From assembly GCA_964512505.1 (NCBI GenBank), contig CAZEHH010000001.1, forward strand, positions 51,391 through 115,390: 64,000 nt of DNA. The letters are read 5' to 3'. This document shows positions 56,735 through 64,000 of the stretch, in pieces. The notes under the pieces are model-generated. The model had not been told where the DNA came from. It saw only the letters and a list, made by a program, of their open reading frames with translations, and did no database searches. Every line of letters begins with the position of its first letter. Positions within the stretch are counted from its first letter, which is position 1. The translations under genes and the position numbers were made by a program. Origin of the DNA: an uncultured Peptostreptococcaceae bacterium (GTDB taxonomy: Bacteria; Bacillota; Clostridia; Peptostreptococcales; BM714).

Positions 56735-57489
56735 CGGCCGCTTCCAACTCCCCTCATGTCTCCAAACAGGAATTGTATTATGCTAAGCGCTGCAAAGCCG
56801 GCTGTTTCCGTCCTCAAAATGCGAGGTCCCAATGATATTGAGATTGATCCGCAATCCTGTATTTCCTTCACTTCGTCCGGAGAAAAACCGCCCTCCGGGC
56901 CTACAATCACAGCTATCCTTTGGAAGCCTTCTTTATTCGGTTCGAGCAACTCCAAACCATTGCCTTTTTCATTCTCATAAAGCAATATTGACTTGTCGTA
57001 TTCCTTCAGTTCCAAAAGCATTTCCCTGAATGAAACTGTATCCGATATTCGTGGTATGTCGGCCCTTTTCGACTGCTTGGCCGCCTCTTTTGCAATCCTG
57101 CGCCATCGTTCGGTTTTCTTGACAGAATTCTTCTCATCTATTTTAACTATTGTCCTTGAAGAAACATAGGGCTTTATTGAATTGATTCCAAGTTCGGTAT
57201 TCTTCTGCACAATAAGATCCATGTTGTTTTTTTTGGGCAGCGCTTGAAACAAATCTACAACCGCTTTTGCGGAAACGGATTCTTTCATGCGCGAAACAAC
57301 TTTCCCGAAAATGGCATTATCTTCAATCGATACAATCTCAACCACAAAAACTTTCCCGTCAGGATCGCATGCTTCAAACATATGGCCCGGTTCCGCCCTC
57401 AGCACCTTTGACAAATGCTTTATCTCGGCTGAATCTTCAACTGCAACCCGGCCTCCCAGTATAGGATTGCGGAAAAATATCCTATGCAT
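56731..57489 (-). CDS. rsmE: 16S rRNA (uracil1498-N3)-methyltransferase
   Basis: 252 aa. MHRIFF..., a PUA-like N-terminus and a SPOUT C-terminus (IVGPEGGFSPDEV, LGPRILRTETA). Confidence 0.9.
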   Translation of the reverse strand: MHRIFFRNPILGGRVAVEDSAEIKHLSKVLRAEPGHMFEACDPDGKVFVVEIVSIEDNAIFGKVVSRMKESVSAKAVVDLFQALPKKNNMDLIVQKNTELGINSIKPYVSSRTIVKIDEKNSVKKTERWRRIAKEAAKQSKRADIPRISDTVSFREMLLELKEYDKSILLYENEKGNGLELLEPNKEGFQRIAVIVGPEGGFSPDEVKEIQDCGSISISLGPRILRTETAGFAALSIIQFLFGDMRGVGSGR

Positions 57490-57490
57490 T

Positions 57491-58447
57491 TCAATCTCTC
57501 CTTTTCAAAACCATTGCAGTCCATCCGTTTTCCGTCTTTTTTTCCAACAAATCAAAATACGCCGATTCGTCTACCGCATTCGTCATTTCTTCTGTTTTTT
57601 CCTCCAATATGCCTGATACGATAAACAAGCCATTTTTCTTTACAAACGGAGCGGCAGTCTCCAAAAGACTCAAGACAACATCAAAAATAATATTTGCAAT
57701 CACCAAATCTGCAGGCTCGTCCAAATCCTTCAGCAAATCACCCTGCTTGATAATGCAGGTTTCTTCCTCATTGTTTTTTTTGACGTTTTCTTTTGCCGCC
57801 TTGACGGCATCTCCATCCATATCTATGCCCATAACTTCAGAGGCCCCCAACTTGGCTGCCGCTAAAGCCAATATTCCGCTTCCGCATCCGATGTCGTATG
57901 CCTTCATTCCCTTTTCTATATGTTTTTCTATGAATTCGAGGCACATTCGAGTTGTCTCGTGAGTTCCTGTACCAAAAGCGAGTCCGGGATCCAATTCTAT
58001 TACAATGCTGTCTTCAGAAAATATCGGATTCCCTTCGTCGAGGGATTCCCAAGACGGTTTTATTATTATCTCTTGGCCTATCTTTATAGGTTTGAAATAT
58101 TTTTTCCATTCCGTGTTCCAATCGCGGTTCTTCAAAGGTTCCGCCTTCAATTCGAATTTCCCCTGTCCCATTCTTTCTATGGCGGTTTCAAGACTTCCTC
58201 TCAAATCACTTATAAGCAAATCCAAGTCCCTGTCCTGCCCTATATATCCCTTCAAAACTGTTTTCCCTTTTTCAACCGATATAAGGGACTCGTCTGCATA
58301 ATCCCAGCGGTTCCTGTCTCTGCTCAAATCGTCGAGAATGGATTCATCTTCAATTACAAGCCCTTCGATTCCGTTTTCCAATAAAATGCCTATTGCCGCC
58401 TCCGATATGACATTATCGACCTTCAGCACAATCTCATTCCAATCCAT
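57491..58447 (-). CDS. prmA: Ribosomal protein L11 methyltransferase
   Basis: FGTGTHETTRMCL and DIGCGSGILA. The start is placed at ATG 58447 (MDWNEIVLKV), behind GGGGGG. The track start at 58474 falls inside the dnaJ terminator. Confidence 0.9.
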   Translation of the reverse strand: MDWNEIVLKVDNVISEAAIGILLENGIEGLVIEDESILDDLSRDRNRWDYADESLISVEKGKTVLKGYIGQDRDLDLLISDLRGSLETAIERMGQGKFELKAEPLKNRDWNTEWKKYFKPIKIGQEIIIKPSWESLDEGNPIFSEDSIVIELDPGLAFGTGTHETTRMCLEFIEKHIEKGMKAYDIGCGSGILALAAAKLGASEVMGIDMDGDAVKAAKENVKKNNEEETCIIKQGDLLKDLDEPADLVIANIIFDVVLSLLETAAPFVKKNGLFIVSGILEEKTEEMTNAVDESAYFDLLEKKTENGWTAMVLKRRD

Positions 58448-58463
58448 AGGAAACCCCCCTTTC

Positions 58464-58497
58464 ATAAAAACCAAGATGCTGTCGATTCAGCATCTTG
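58464..58497 (-). terminator. Intrinsic terminator downstream of dnaJ
   Basis: 10-bp stem CAAGAUGCUG/CAGCAUCUUG with a 6-nt loop, followed by GUUUUUAU on the minus strand. Confidence 0.8.
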
Positions 58498-58517
58498 AGT
58501 CTTTTTATTGCAAATAA

Positions 58518-59645
58518 TCAATTGAATGCATCCTTCACCTTGGAAAATATGCCTTTTCTTTTGCCTGACAGATCCGTCCCCAAGGTTTTTGAAAACTCCC
58601 TGAGCAACTCCTGCTGACGCTCGTCCAAATCCCTGGGTGTTTCAACAACCACCTTGACATAATGGTCGCCTCTTCCGTAACCGTTCAACACCGGCACCCC
58701 TTTGCTTTTCAGCCTGAACACGGTACCTGACTGAGTACCCTCGGCAACCTCGTATTTCACTTTTCCGTCCAGCGTCTGAACGATTATCTCATCTCCAAGA
58801 GCCGCCTGCGCAATGTTTATATGCGCTTCGCTGAGTATGTCAAAACCATCTCTCTTGAACGTTTCATGTTCCCTGACCCTAATAACTACATATACGTCGC
58901 CTTTGGGGCCTCCTTTTATTCCCGGCTCCCCTTCGCCTCTCAATGTCATTACCGATCCATTGTCGACTCCTGCAGGTATCTTTATTTTTATATTCCTTTT
59001 TTCTCGCTTCAAACCGCTTCCGCCGCAATCATGGCAAGCTTCTTCAAAGGTTTTCCCTTCGCCGCCGCATGTTGGACAGGTCTTTGCGTTTACAAACTGC
59101 CCGAATGGAGTTCTTTGCGTATATCTGACTTCGCCTGTTCCTCCGCAATTGCTGCAGGTATTGACCTTTGTTCCCGGTTTTGCACCCGTCCCGTTGCACG
59201 TCTTGCATGTTTCGTTTCTAATTATTTCAATTTCCTTTTCGATTCCAAATGCCGCTTCCTTGAATTCAACAACGGTTTCAACCTGAATATCCCGACCCTT
59301 GGCTGCCCGGCTCCTTCTTCTTGTGCCTCCGCCTCCGAACATGTCGAATATGTCTCCGAAAATATCGTCAAATCCCGCTCCGCCAGCACCGGAAAAGCCT
59401 CCAAAGCCTTGTCCGCTTCCGTTTACGCCTTCATGCCCGAATTGATCGTACCGGCTTCTCTTTTGTGAATCGCTCAGAATTTCATACGCCTCATTGATTT
59501 CCTTGAATTTCTCCTCGGCTTCCGAATCACCTTGGTTCCTGTCCGGATGATACTTCATCGCCATTTTTCTATATGCCTTCTTGATATCTTTCTCGTCGGC
59601 GCTTTTGTCTATATCCAAAATTTCATAATAATCTCGTTTGCTCAA
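58518..59645 (-). CDS. dnaJ: Molecular chaperone DnaJ
   Basis: 375 aa. J domain (DYYEILDID...HPDRN), G/F region and four CxxCxGxG zinc motifs. TTG start behind GGGAAGGTGG. Confidence 0.95.
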   Translation of the reverse strand: MSKRDYYEILDIDKSADEKDIKKAYRKMAMKYHPDRNQGDSEAEEKFKEINEAYEILSDSQKRSRYDQFGHEGVNGSGQGFGGFSGAGGAGFDDIFGDIFDMFGGGGTRRRSRAAKGRDIQVETVVEFKEAAFGIEKEIEIIRNETCKTCNGTGAKPGTKVNTCSNCGGTGEVRYTQRTPFGQFVNAKTCPTCGGEGKTFEEACHDCGGSGLKREKRNIKIKIPAGVDNGSVMTLRGEGEPGIKGGPKGDVYVVIRVREHETFKRDGFDILSEAHINIAQAALGDEIIVQTLDGKVKYEVAEGTQSGTVFRLKSKGVPVLNGYGRGDHYVKVVVETPRDLDERQQELLREFSKTLGTDLSGKRKGIFSKVKDAFN

Positions 59646-59750
59646 AACTACGCCACCTTCCCGTTTTTTCTTTAACGCTCCGCCTTTTCATTATAATGCA
59701 TTCCAGGCTTTGGTTCAACGACATGTCCTTTCACGCACAAAGACACCCCA

Positions 59751-59770
59751 CAGGGTGCCTATATGCATGC
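59751..59770 (-). other. Strand-specific hairpin in the dnaK-dnaJ spacer (possible attenuator or processing site)
   Basis: Minus-strand AGGCACCC-UGUG-GGGUGUCU (8 bp including one G.U pair, which is an A/C mismatch on the plus strand), followed by UUGUGCG. Confidence 0.4.
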
Positions 59771-59780
59771 GTTTCAACTT

Positions 59781-61619
59781 CTACTCGTCTTCGTCTACGA
59801 CCTCATAGTCTGCGTCCACTACGTCGTCATCGGATTTTGAGTTTTCAGATTCGCCTGTTTGCGCTTGCGCCTGCTGCTCCGCCGCAGCCGCCTCATACAT
59901 CTTTTGCGACAGCGCATGGAAAGCATTCGTCATTTCCTCGGTCGCTGTTTTTATTGCTTCAATGTCGTCGCCCTCAAGAGCTTTCTTGAGTGCCTCAAGT
60001 TTTTCTTCAACTGTTTTCTTTTCTTCCGGAGACACTTTGTCCCCGACTTCCTTCAAGGCTTTTTCCGATTCATACATCAATGAGTCGGCCTTGTTTCTTG
60101 TTTCTATTTCTTCTTTTTTCTTTTTGTCTTCCTCTGCAAAAGCTTCCGCTTCTTTCACCTTGTCCTTTATTTCATCTTCCGAAAGGTTCGTTGAAGCAGT
60201 TATTGTTATTTTCTGTTCTTTGCCGGTTCCCAAATCCTTGGCCGAAACATGGACTATTCCGTTTCTGTCTATATCGAATGTGACTTCTATTTGAGGCACT
60301 CCTCTGGGTGCAGGCGGAATACCTGTCAATTGGAACCTTCCAAGCGTTATGTTGCCCGAAGCCATTTCACGTTCTCCTTGGAGAACATGTATGTCAACGG
60401 CAGTCTGGCTGTCCGCTGCGGTGGAGAATATTTGGCTCTTCTTGGTCGGTATCGTCGTGTTCCTTTCGATCAGCTTCGTAGCAACTCCGCCTAAAGTCTC
60501 TATTCCAAGCGAAAGGGGTGTCACATCCAAAAGAACAAGGTCTTCAACCTCTCCTGTTATTACGCCTGCCTGTATGGCCGCCCCGACTGCAACACACTCA
60601 TCTGGGTTTATGCCCTTGTCCGGAGTATTGCTTGTTATTTTCTTTACAGCTTCCTGCACAGCAGGAATTCTTGTGGATCCGCCTACAAGGATGACCTTGT
60701 CTATTTCACTTGATTTTATACCTGAATCCTTTATCGCGTCCTGCATCGGTCCGATTGTCTTTTGAACGAGATGCGCAGTGAGCTGGTCAAACTTGGCTCT
60801 TGTCACATCCATGTTCATATGCAAAGGCCCTTCCGCTGTCGCTGTTATGAAAGGCAGGTTGATATTGGTCGTTTGAACTGTAGACAATTCTTTTTTGGCC
60901 TTCTCCGCAGCTTCCTTAAGCCTCTGCAGAGCCATTCTGTCTTTCTTAAGGTCGACTCCATACTCCTTCTTGAAGCTCTCTGCCATGAAGTCCATCAAAA
61001 CATTGTCGAAGTCGTCCCCTCCGAGATGATTGTCTCCCTTGGTTGCCAAAACTTCGAAAACGCCTTCTCCTATTTCAAGTATTGAAACGTCAAAAGTTCC
61101 TCCTCCAAGGTCGTAGACCAATATCTTTTGGTCATGATCCGGTTTGTCGAGACCATACGCAAGGGAAGCCGCTGTAGGCTCGTTTATTATCCTTTCAACC
61201 TTGAGGCCGGCTATTCTTCCGGCGTCCTTTGTAGCCTGACGCTGACTGTCAGTGAAATATGCAGGCACAGTTATTACCGCATCAGTCACTTTTTCCCCCA
61301 AATACGATTCTGCATCCGCTTTGAGTTTCATTAGAATGTATGCCGATATATCCTGCGGCGTGTATTCTTTTCCATCAATAGACACATTGTGGTTTGTTCC
61401 CATTTCCCTCTTTATCGATGTCACTGTCCTGTCCGGATTAGTTATAGCCTGTCTTTTTGCCGTTTCTCCAACCAGGCGCTCCCCGTTTTTCGCAAAAGCC
61501 ACTATGGACGGTGTTGTCCTGTTGCCTTCGGCATTGGGTATAATGGTAGGTTCTCCGCCTTCCAAAACTGCAACACAAGAGTTTGTTGTTCCCAAGTCAA
61601 TTCCTATTACTTTCCCCAT
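59781..61619 (-). CDS. dnaK: Molecular chaperone DnaK
   Basis: 612 aa. [17 protein letters not shown] and an acidic C-terminus. Confidence 0.97.
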   Translation of the reverse strand: MGKVIGIDLGTTNSCVAVLEGGEPTIIPNAEGNRTTPSIVAFAKNGERLVGETAKRQAITNPDRTVTSIKREMGTNHNVSIDGKEYTPQDISAYILMKLKADAESYLGEKVTDAVITVPAYFTDSQRQATKDAGRIAGLKVERIINEPTAASLAYGLDKPDHDQKILVYDLGGGTFDVSILEIGEGVFEVLATKGDNHLGGDDFDNVLMDFMAESFKKEYGVDLKKDRMALQRLKEAAEKAKKELSTVQTTNINLPFITATAEGPLHMNMDVTRAKFDQLTAHLVQKTIGPMQDAIKDSGIKSSEIDKVILVGGSTRIPAVQEAVKKITSNTPDKGINPDECVAVGAAIQAGVITGEVEDLVLLDVTPLSLGIETLGGVATKLIERNTTIPTKKSQIFSTAADSQTAVDIHVLQGEREMASGNITLGRFQLTGIPPAPRGVPQIEVTFDIDRNGIVHVSAKDLGTGKEQKITITASTNLSEDEIKDKVKEAEAFAEEDKKKKEEIETRNKADSLMYESEKALKEVGDKVSPEEKKTVEEKLEALKKALEGDDIEAIKTATEEMTNAFHALSQKMYEAAAAEQQAQAQTGESENSKSDDDVVDADYEVVDEDE

Positions 61620-61660
61620 TTTTATTCCTCCTTGATTTGCTAAAATTTATATATGCTTGG

Positions 61661-62233
61661 CTATTTAGCCACTTTTACCATGCTTGGCCTGATCACCTTG
61701 TCGTTCAGGCTGTAACCTGTCTGAAAAACCTCAATAACTGTTTCCGCCTCGAATTCCTCGGACTCCTCCATCATTACCGCGTGGTGGTAATTCGGATCGA
61801 AGGGTTTTCCCACAGCATCAATTTTTTTGATTCCATTCGCATTCAAAACGTCGCATAACTGCTTGTATACCATCTCAATGCCCTTGAGCATTTTTTCCGA
61901 AGTCCCGTTTTCCGATTCAGCCGACAAAACAGCCCTTTCAAAATTGTCCATCACCGGAAGAAGATCACAAATCAATTTTTCATTGGCATAGCTGTAAATG
62001 TCTTTTTTTTCTTTTTCGACTCTTTTCTTGAAATTCCTGAAATCCGATGAGACTCTTAAAAATCTTTCGTTCATTTCATTGAATTCCTTTTCCAAAGCCT
62101 CATAGGAATCCTCTTCAGGCTCTTCGGATTCATTCTCGGAATCCGAGGCCGACAAGGGCTCTTCCTTTTCGAGCTCTATGCCTTCTTCCTTTTCAAAACC
62201 TTCCAAATTTTCTTTGGCTTCTTTATTTTCCAT
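61661..62233 (-). CDS. grpE: Nucleotide exchange factor GrpE
   Basis: Acidic N-terminus, coiled coil and C-terminal HHAVMMEESEE...GYSLNDKVIRPSMVKV. The second ATG (62233) is better spaced from AGAGGTGA than the track start at 62239. Confidence 0.92.
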   Translation of the reverse strand: MENKEAKENLEGFEKEEGIELEKEEPLSASDSENESEEPEEDSYEALEKEFNEMNERFLRVSSDFRNFKKRVEKEKKDIYSYANEKLICDLLPVMDNFERAVLSAESENGTSEKMLKGIEMVYKQLCDVLNANGIKKIDAVGKPFDPNYHHAVMMEESEEFEAETVIEVFQTGYSLNDKVIRPSMVKVAK

Positions 62234-63281
62234 CCCCATTCACCTCTTCATTCGTTTGATTCTGCCCCGTAAAAACATCTGTCAATGTGTCTGTCATATA
62301 TTCCACGAGAGAAATTATCTTAGGATAATTTATCCGCGTAGGTCCTATTACGCCTATTTTACCTATTACTCTCCCGTTAAGCTTGTAAGTCGCAGTGACC
62401 AAACTGCATTCCTTGATTTCATCCCACTGGTTTTCCTTGCCGATTCGGACCGTTATATCCTTTTCAAAGTCTTCGCTCAGCACTATCGACAATTTGTCTT
62501 TCTTGTCGAGTGCGTCCAAAATACACTTTGCCTTTTCAACATCGCTGAATTCGGGTGTATGCAACACATTTGATATGCCGCTCAGATAAATCCTGCTCGC
62601 AGAACTGCTGTTCATATGCAAGCCTATGGATTCAATCAGATGGTCTACAAAGCTCAAATAATTTTCAAAGCCGCTTTCCATCTCAAGAATTTCTTCCTTT
62701 TCCAAACGGTTGGCATCCTTGCCCTTCAAGCGATATTTGAGCATGTTTGAAATTTTGTCCAATTCATCCTGACTCAAATTGTTTGTCCTTACGACCAAGT
62801 CCTTCACTATTCCCGATTCAGACACCAAAACAAGCAAAGCCCTTGTTTCGCTCAACCTTATTATTTTAAGGTTTTTCAATCGGCTTGCCTTGAAATCGGG
62901 TGTCAAAATGAAAGATGTCAAGTCAGACATCTGAGAAAGAATTTTTGAAGCCTGTCTGATAATCTCTTCCGATTCAAGCATCCTGCTCACAAGCTGATCC
63001 CTTATGGATTTCTTTTGTATGTTTGCCATCTTATACAATCTCATAAGATTGTCCACATATAGCCTGTAGCCTTCATCCGAAGGAATGCGTCCCGATGATG
63101 TGTGAAGCTGTTCAATGAATCCCAATTCCTCCAAATCCGCCATTTCGTTGCGGATTGTGGCTGAGCTCACACCCAAATTGTATTTTCTTGAAAGAGTTCT
63201 GGAGCCGACCGGCTGAGCCGTTTGAATAAAATCATCGACAATAGCCTGGAAGATTCTCAATTGCCGCTCCGTCAATTGCAT
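62223..63281 (-). CDS. hrcA: Heat-inducible transcription repressor HrcA
   Basis: The start is placed at ATG 63281 (MQLTERQLRIFQAIVDDFIQTAQPVGSRTL), behind GGGAGGTGG. The track start at 63347 would read through the CIRCE operator. Confidence 0.93.
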   Translation of the reverse strand: MQLTERQLRIFQAIVDDFIQTAQPVGSRTLSRKYNLGVSSATIRNEMADLEELGFIEQLHTSSGRIPSDEGYRLYVDNLMRLYKMANIQKKSIRDQLVSRMLESEEIIRQASKILSQMSDLTSFILTPDFKASRLKNLKIIRLSETRALLVLVSESGIVKDLVVRTNNLSQDELDKISNMLKYRLKGKDANRLEKEEILEMESGFENYLSFVDHLIESIGLHMNSSSASRIYLSGISNVLHTPEFSDVEKAKCILDALDKKDKLSIVLSEDFEKDITVRIGKENQWDEIKECSLVTATYKLNGRVIGKIGVIGPTRINYPKIISLVEYMTDTLTDVFTGQNQTNEEVNGDGK

Positions 63282-63298
63282 GTGGCCACCTCCCGTTA

Positions 63299-63325
63299 TT
63301 AGCACTCTATCTCGTTGAGTGCTAA
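63299..63325. promoter_or_regulatory. CIRCE operator (HrcA binding site)
   Basis: Perfect consensus TTAGCACTC-N9-GAGTGCTAA, 18 nt upstream of the hrcA ATG. A TTGACA -35-like hexamer at 63366-63361 contains the hemW stop codon. Confidence 0.95.
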
Positions 63326-63362
63326 TGCCATGACTATAAACTAACACTTAAAAAACAATTTG

Positions 63363-64000
63363 TCAATAATTTTGATCGATAACATTCAAAAATTCCAGAA
63401 ACACGGAATTTGAAAGATCCATGCCTTTCCGTGTCAAGAAAAGTCTTCCGTTTTCAACGGCTGCAAGACCGTTTCTTTTTAAATCCATAATGGGTTTTTT
63501 AAATGTTGCGCCGAAATCCATATGATGCCTTTGACCCACAATATCCATTTCAATCCCGCCGGTCATTCTAAGCCCGAGAAAAATTTCTTCAAAGATTTCA
63601 TCCCTTTCCGTCAAAGATTCGCTTTCGGCAATGCGAGTCTTGCCCTCTTCTCCCCTTTTCACGTAATCCCCGACACTGCTTGTGTTTTGATAACGTTTTT
63701 TCCCTATGAATGAATGTGCCGCAACGCCCAGCCCAAGATAGCTGCCGCGCTCCCAATAGTTTTTATTGTGAAGAGACTCTCGGCCCTCTTTTGCGTAATT
63801 TGAAATCTCGTATTGATCATAACCTCTGAGCTTTAAAAAGTCTGTGCAAAAATGATGCATGTCCCTTTCTTGCCCGTCTTCGGGGAAAAGTCCGGGACTT
63901 TGGTCAAGCATTTCCATCATTGGCGTATTGTTGTTTACAATAAGGCTGTATGCTGATATGTGCTCCGGCGACAATTGGCAAGAGGCAATTTCAAGGTCCC
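63363..64000 (-). CDS. hemW: Radical-SAM heme chaperone HemW (HemN-like), C-terminal part; N-terminus lies beyond the window end
   Basis: The frame stays open to position 64000 (...DLEIASCQLSPEHISAYSLI...). It has a HemN C-terminal-type domain and sits in the conserved position upstream of hrcA. Confidence 0.8.
   Translation of the reverse strand, partial: DLEIASCQLSPEHISAYSLIVNNNTPMMEMLDQSPGLFPEDGQERDMHHFCTDFLKLRGYDQYEISNYAKEGRESLHNKNYWERGSYLGLGVAAHSFIGKKRYQNTSSVGDYVKRGEEGKTRIAESESLTERDEIFEEIFLGLRMTGGIEMDIVGQRHHMDFGATFKKPIMDLKRNGLAAVENGRLFLTRKGMDLSNSVFLEFLNVIDQNY

Noticed and set aside
59696-59989. 97-aa plus-strand ORF spanning the dnaK-dnaJ spacer and the dnaK 3' end
   Set aside because: It is antisense to the acidic tail of dnaK, has Arg/Pro/Leu-rich composition and no RBS. 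The spacer is better explained by a sense-strand hairpin.
63326-63366. Precise hrcA promoter call
   Set aside because: The TTGACA at 63366-63361 is convincing as a -35. However, the best -10 (TATAGT, 63338-63333) is 22 nt away, and the 17-nt-spaced hexamer (TAGTTT) is weak. The hexamer is mentioned under CIRCE but not reported as a defined promoter.
1-64000. Search for CRISPR arrays, IS/transposase genes, integrases, prophage genes, tRNA/rRNA genes, toxin-antitoxin pairs or defence systems
   Set aside because: None were seen. Every ORF of 100 aa or more on the coding strand is assignable to a core housekeeping family or to a conserved DUF in conserved synteny. No direct-repeat/spacer arrays and no terminal inverted repeats were noticed. 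I cannot compute compositional skew here, so a subtle island cannot be formally excluded.

Overview
This window is a conserved, visibly AT-rich housekeeping segment from a low-GC Firmicute, probably a non-sporulating Clostridia/Tissierellia-like organism. About 65 of 67 genes are on the minus strand, tightly packed, with many 4-nt overlaps. Read in the direction of transcription (high to low coordinates), the window contains:
- hemW' and hrcA-grpE-dnaK-dnaJ, with a perfect CIRCE operator.
- prmA-rsmE-mtaB, a HIT protein, and rpsU (58 aa, absent from the ORF track) with yqeY.
- phoH-ybeY-DUF3048-cdd-era-mgtE-recO and a DUF4342 protein.
- A glycine T-box leader followed by glyQS.
- ccpN-PDRP-ppdK, dgt, and dnaG-sigA.
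- trmK-nif3 and a type-A RNase P RNA.
- A five-gene sirtuin-DUF1232-hpt-deoC-ARH-like operon.
- ychF (plus strand), two M16 peptidase paralogues, and lgt.
- The full dcw cluster: mraZ-rsmH-ftsL-pbp-murE-murF-mraY-murD-ftsW-murG-ftsQ-DUF881-DUF881-sbp-ftsZ, with no ftsA.
- nrdR-DUF512-der-gpsA and a 128-aa orphan.
- A HlyD-like protein fused to the ylm operon (yggS-sepF-yggT-ylmH-divIVA).
- mtnN-rluD, rqcH (plus strand), and dapF'.

I found no mobile elements, CRISPR arrays, tRNA/rRNA genes, toxin-antitoxin modules or defence islands, and no clearly novel multi-gene system. The observations most worth a second look are:
1. A base-perfect 50-bp palindrome at the rqcH/rluD convergent junction. 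It makes both genes end in the same octapeptide.
2. A sirtuin operon ending in an ADP-ribosylglycohydrolase-like protein with a degenerate metal site.
3. An ftsA-less division cluster, plus an orphan HlyD-like protein at the head of the ylm operon.
4. sigA has no ATG or GTG start. An ATT that overlaps the dnaG stop sits behind a very strong SD.
5. ppdK is inserted behind ccpN-PDRP.

Many ORF-track starts are over-extended. Where an RBS supports a better start, I give the corrected coordinate.
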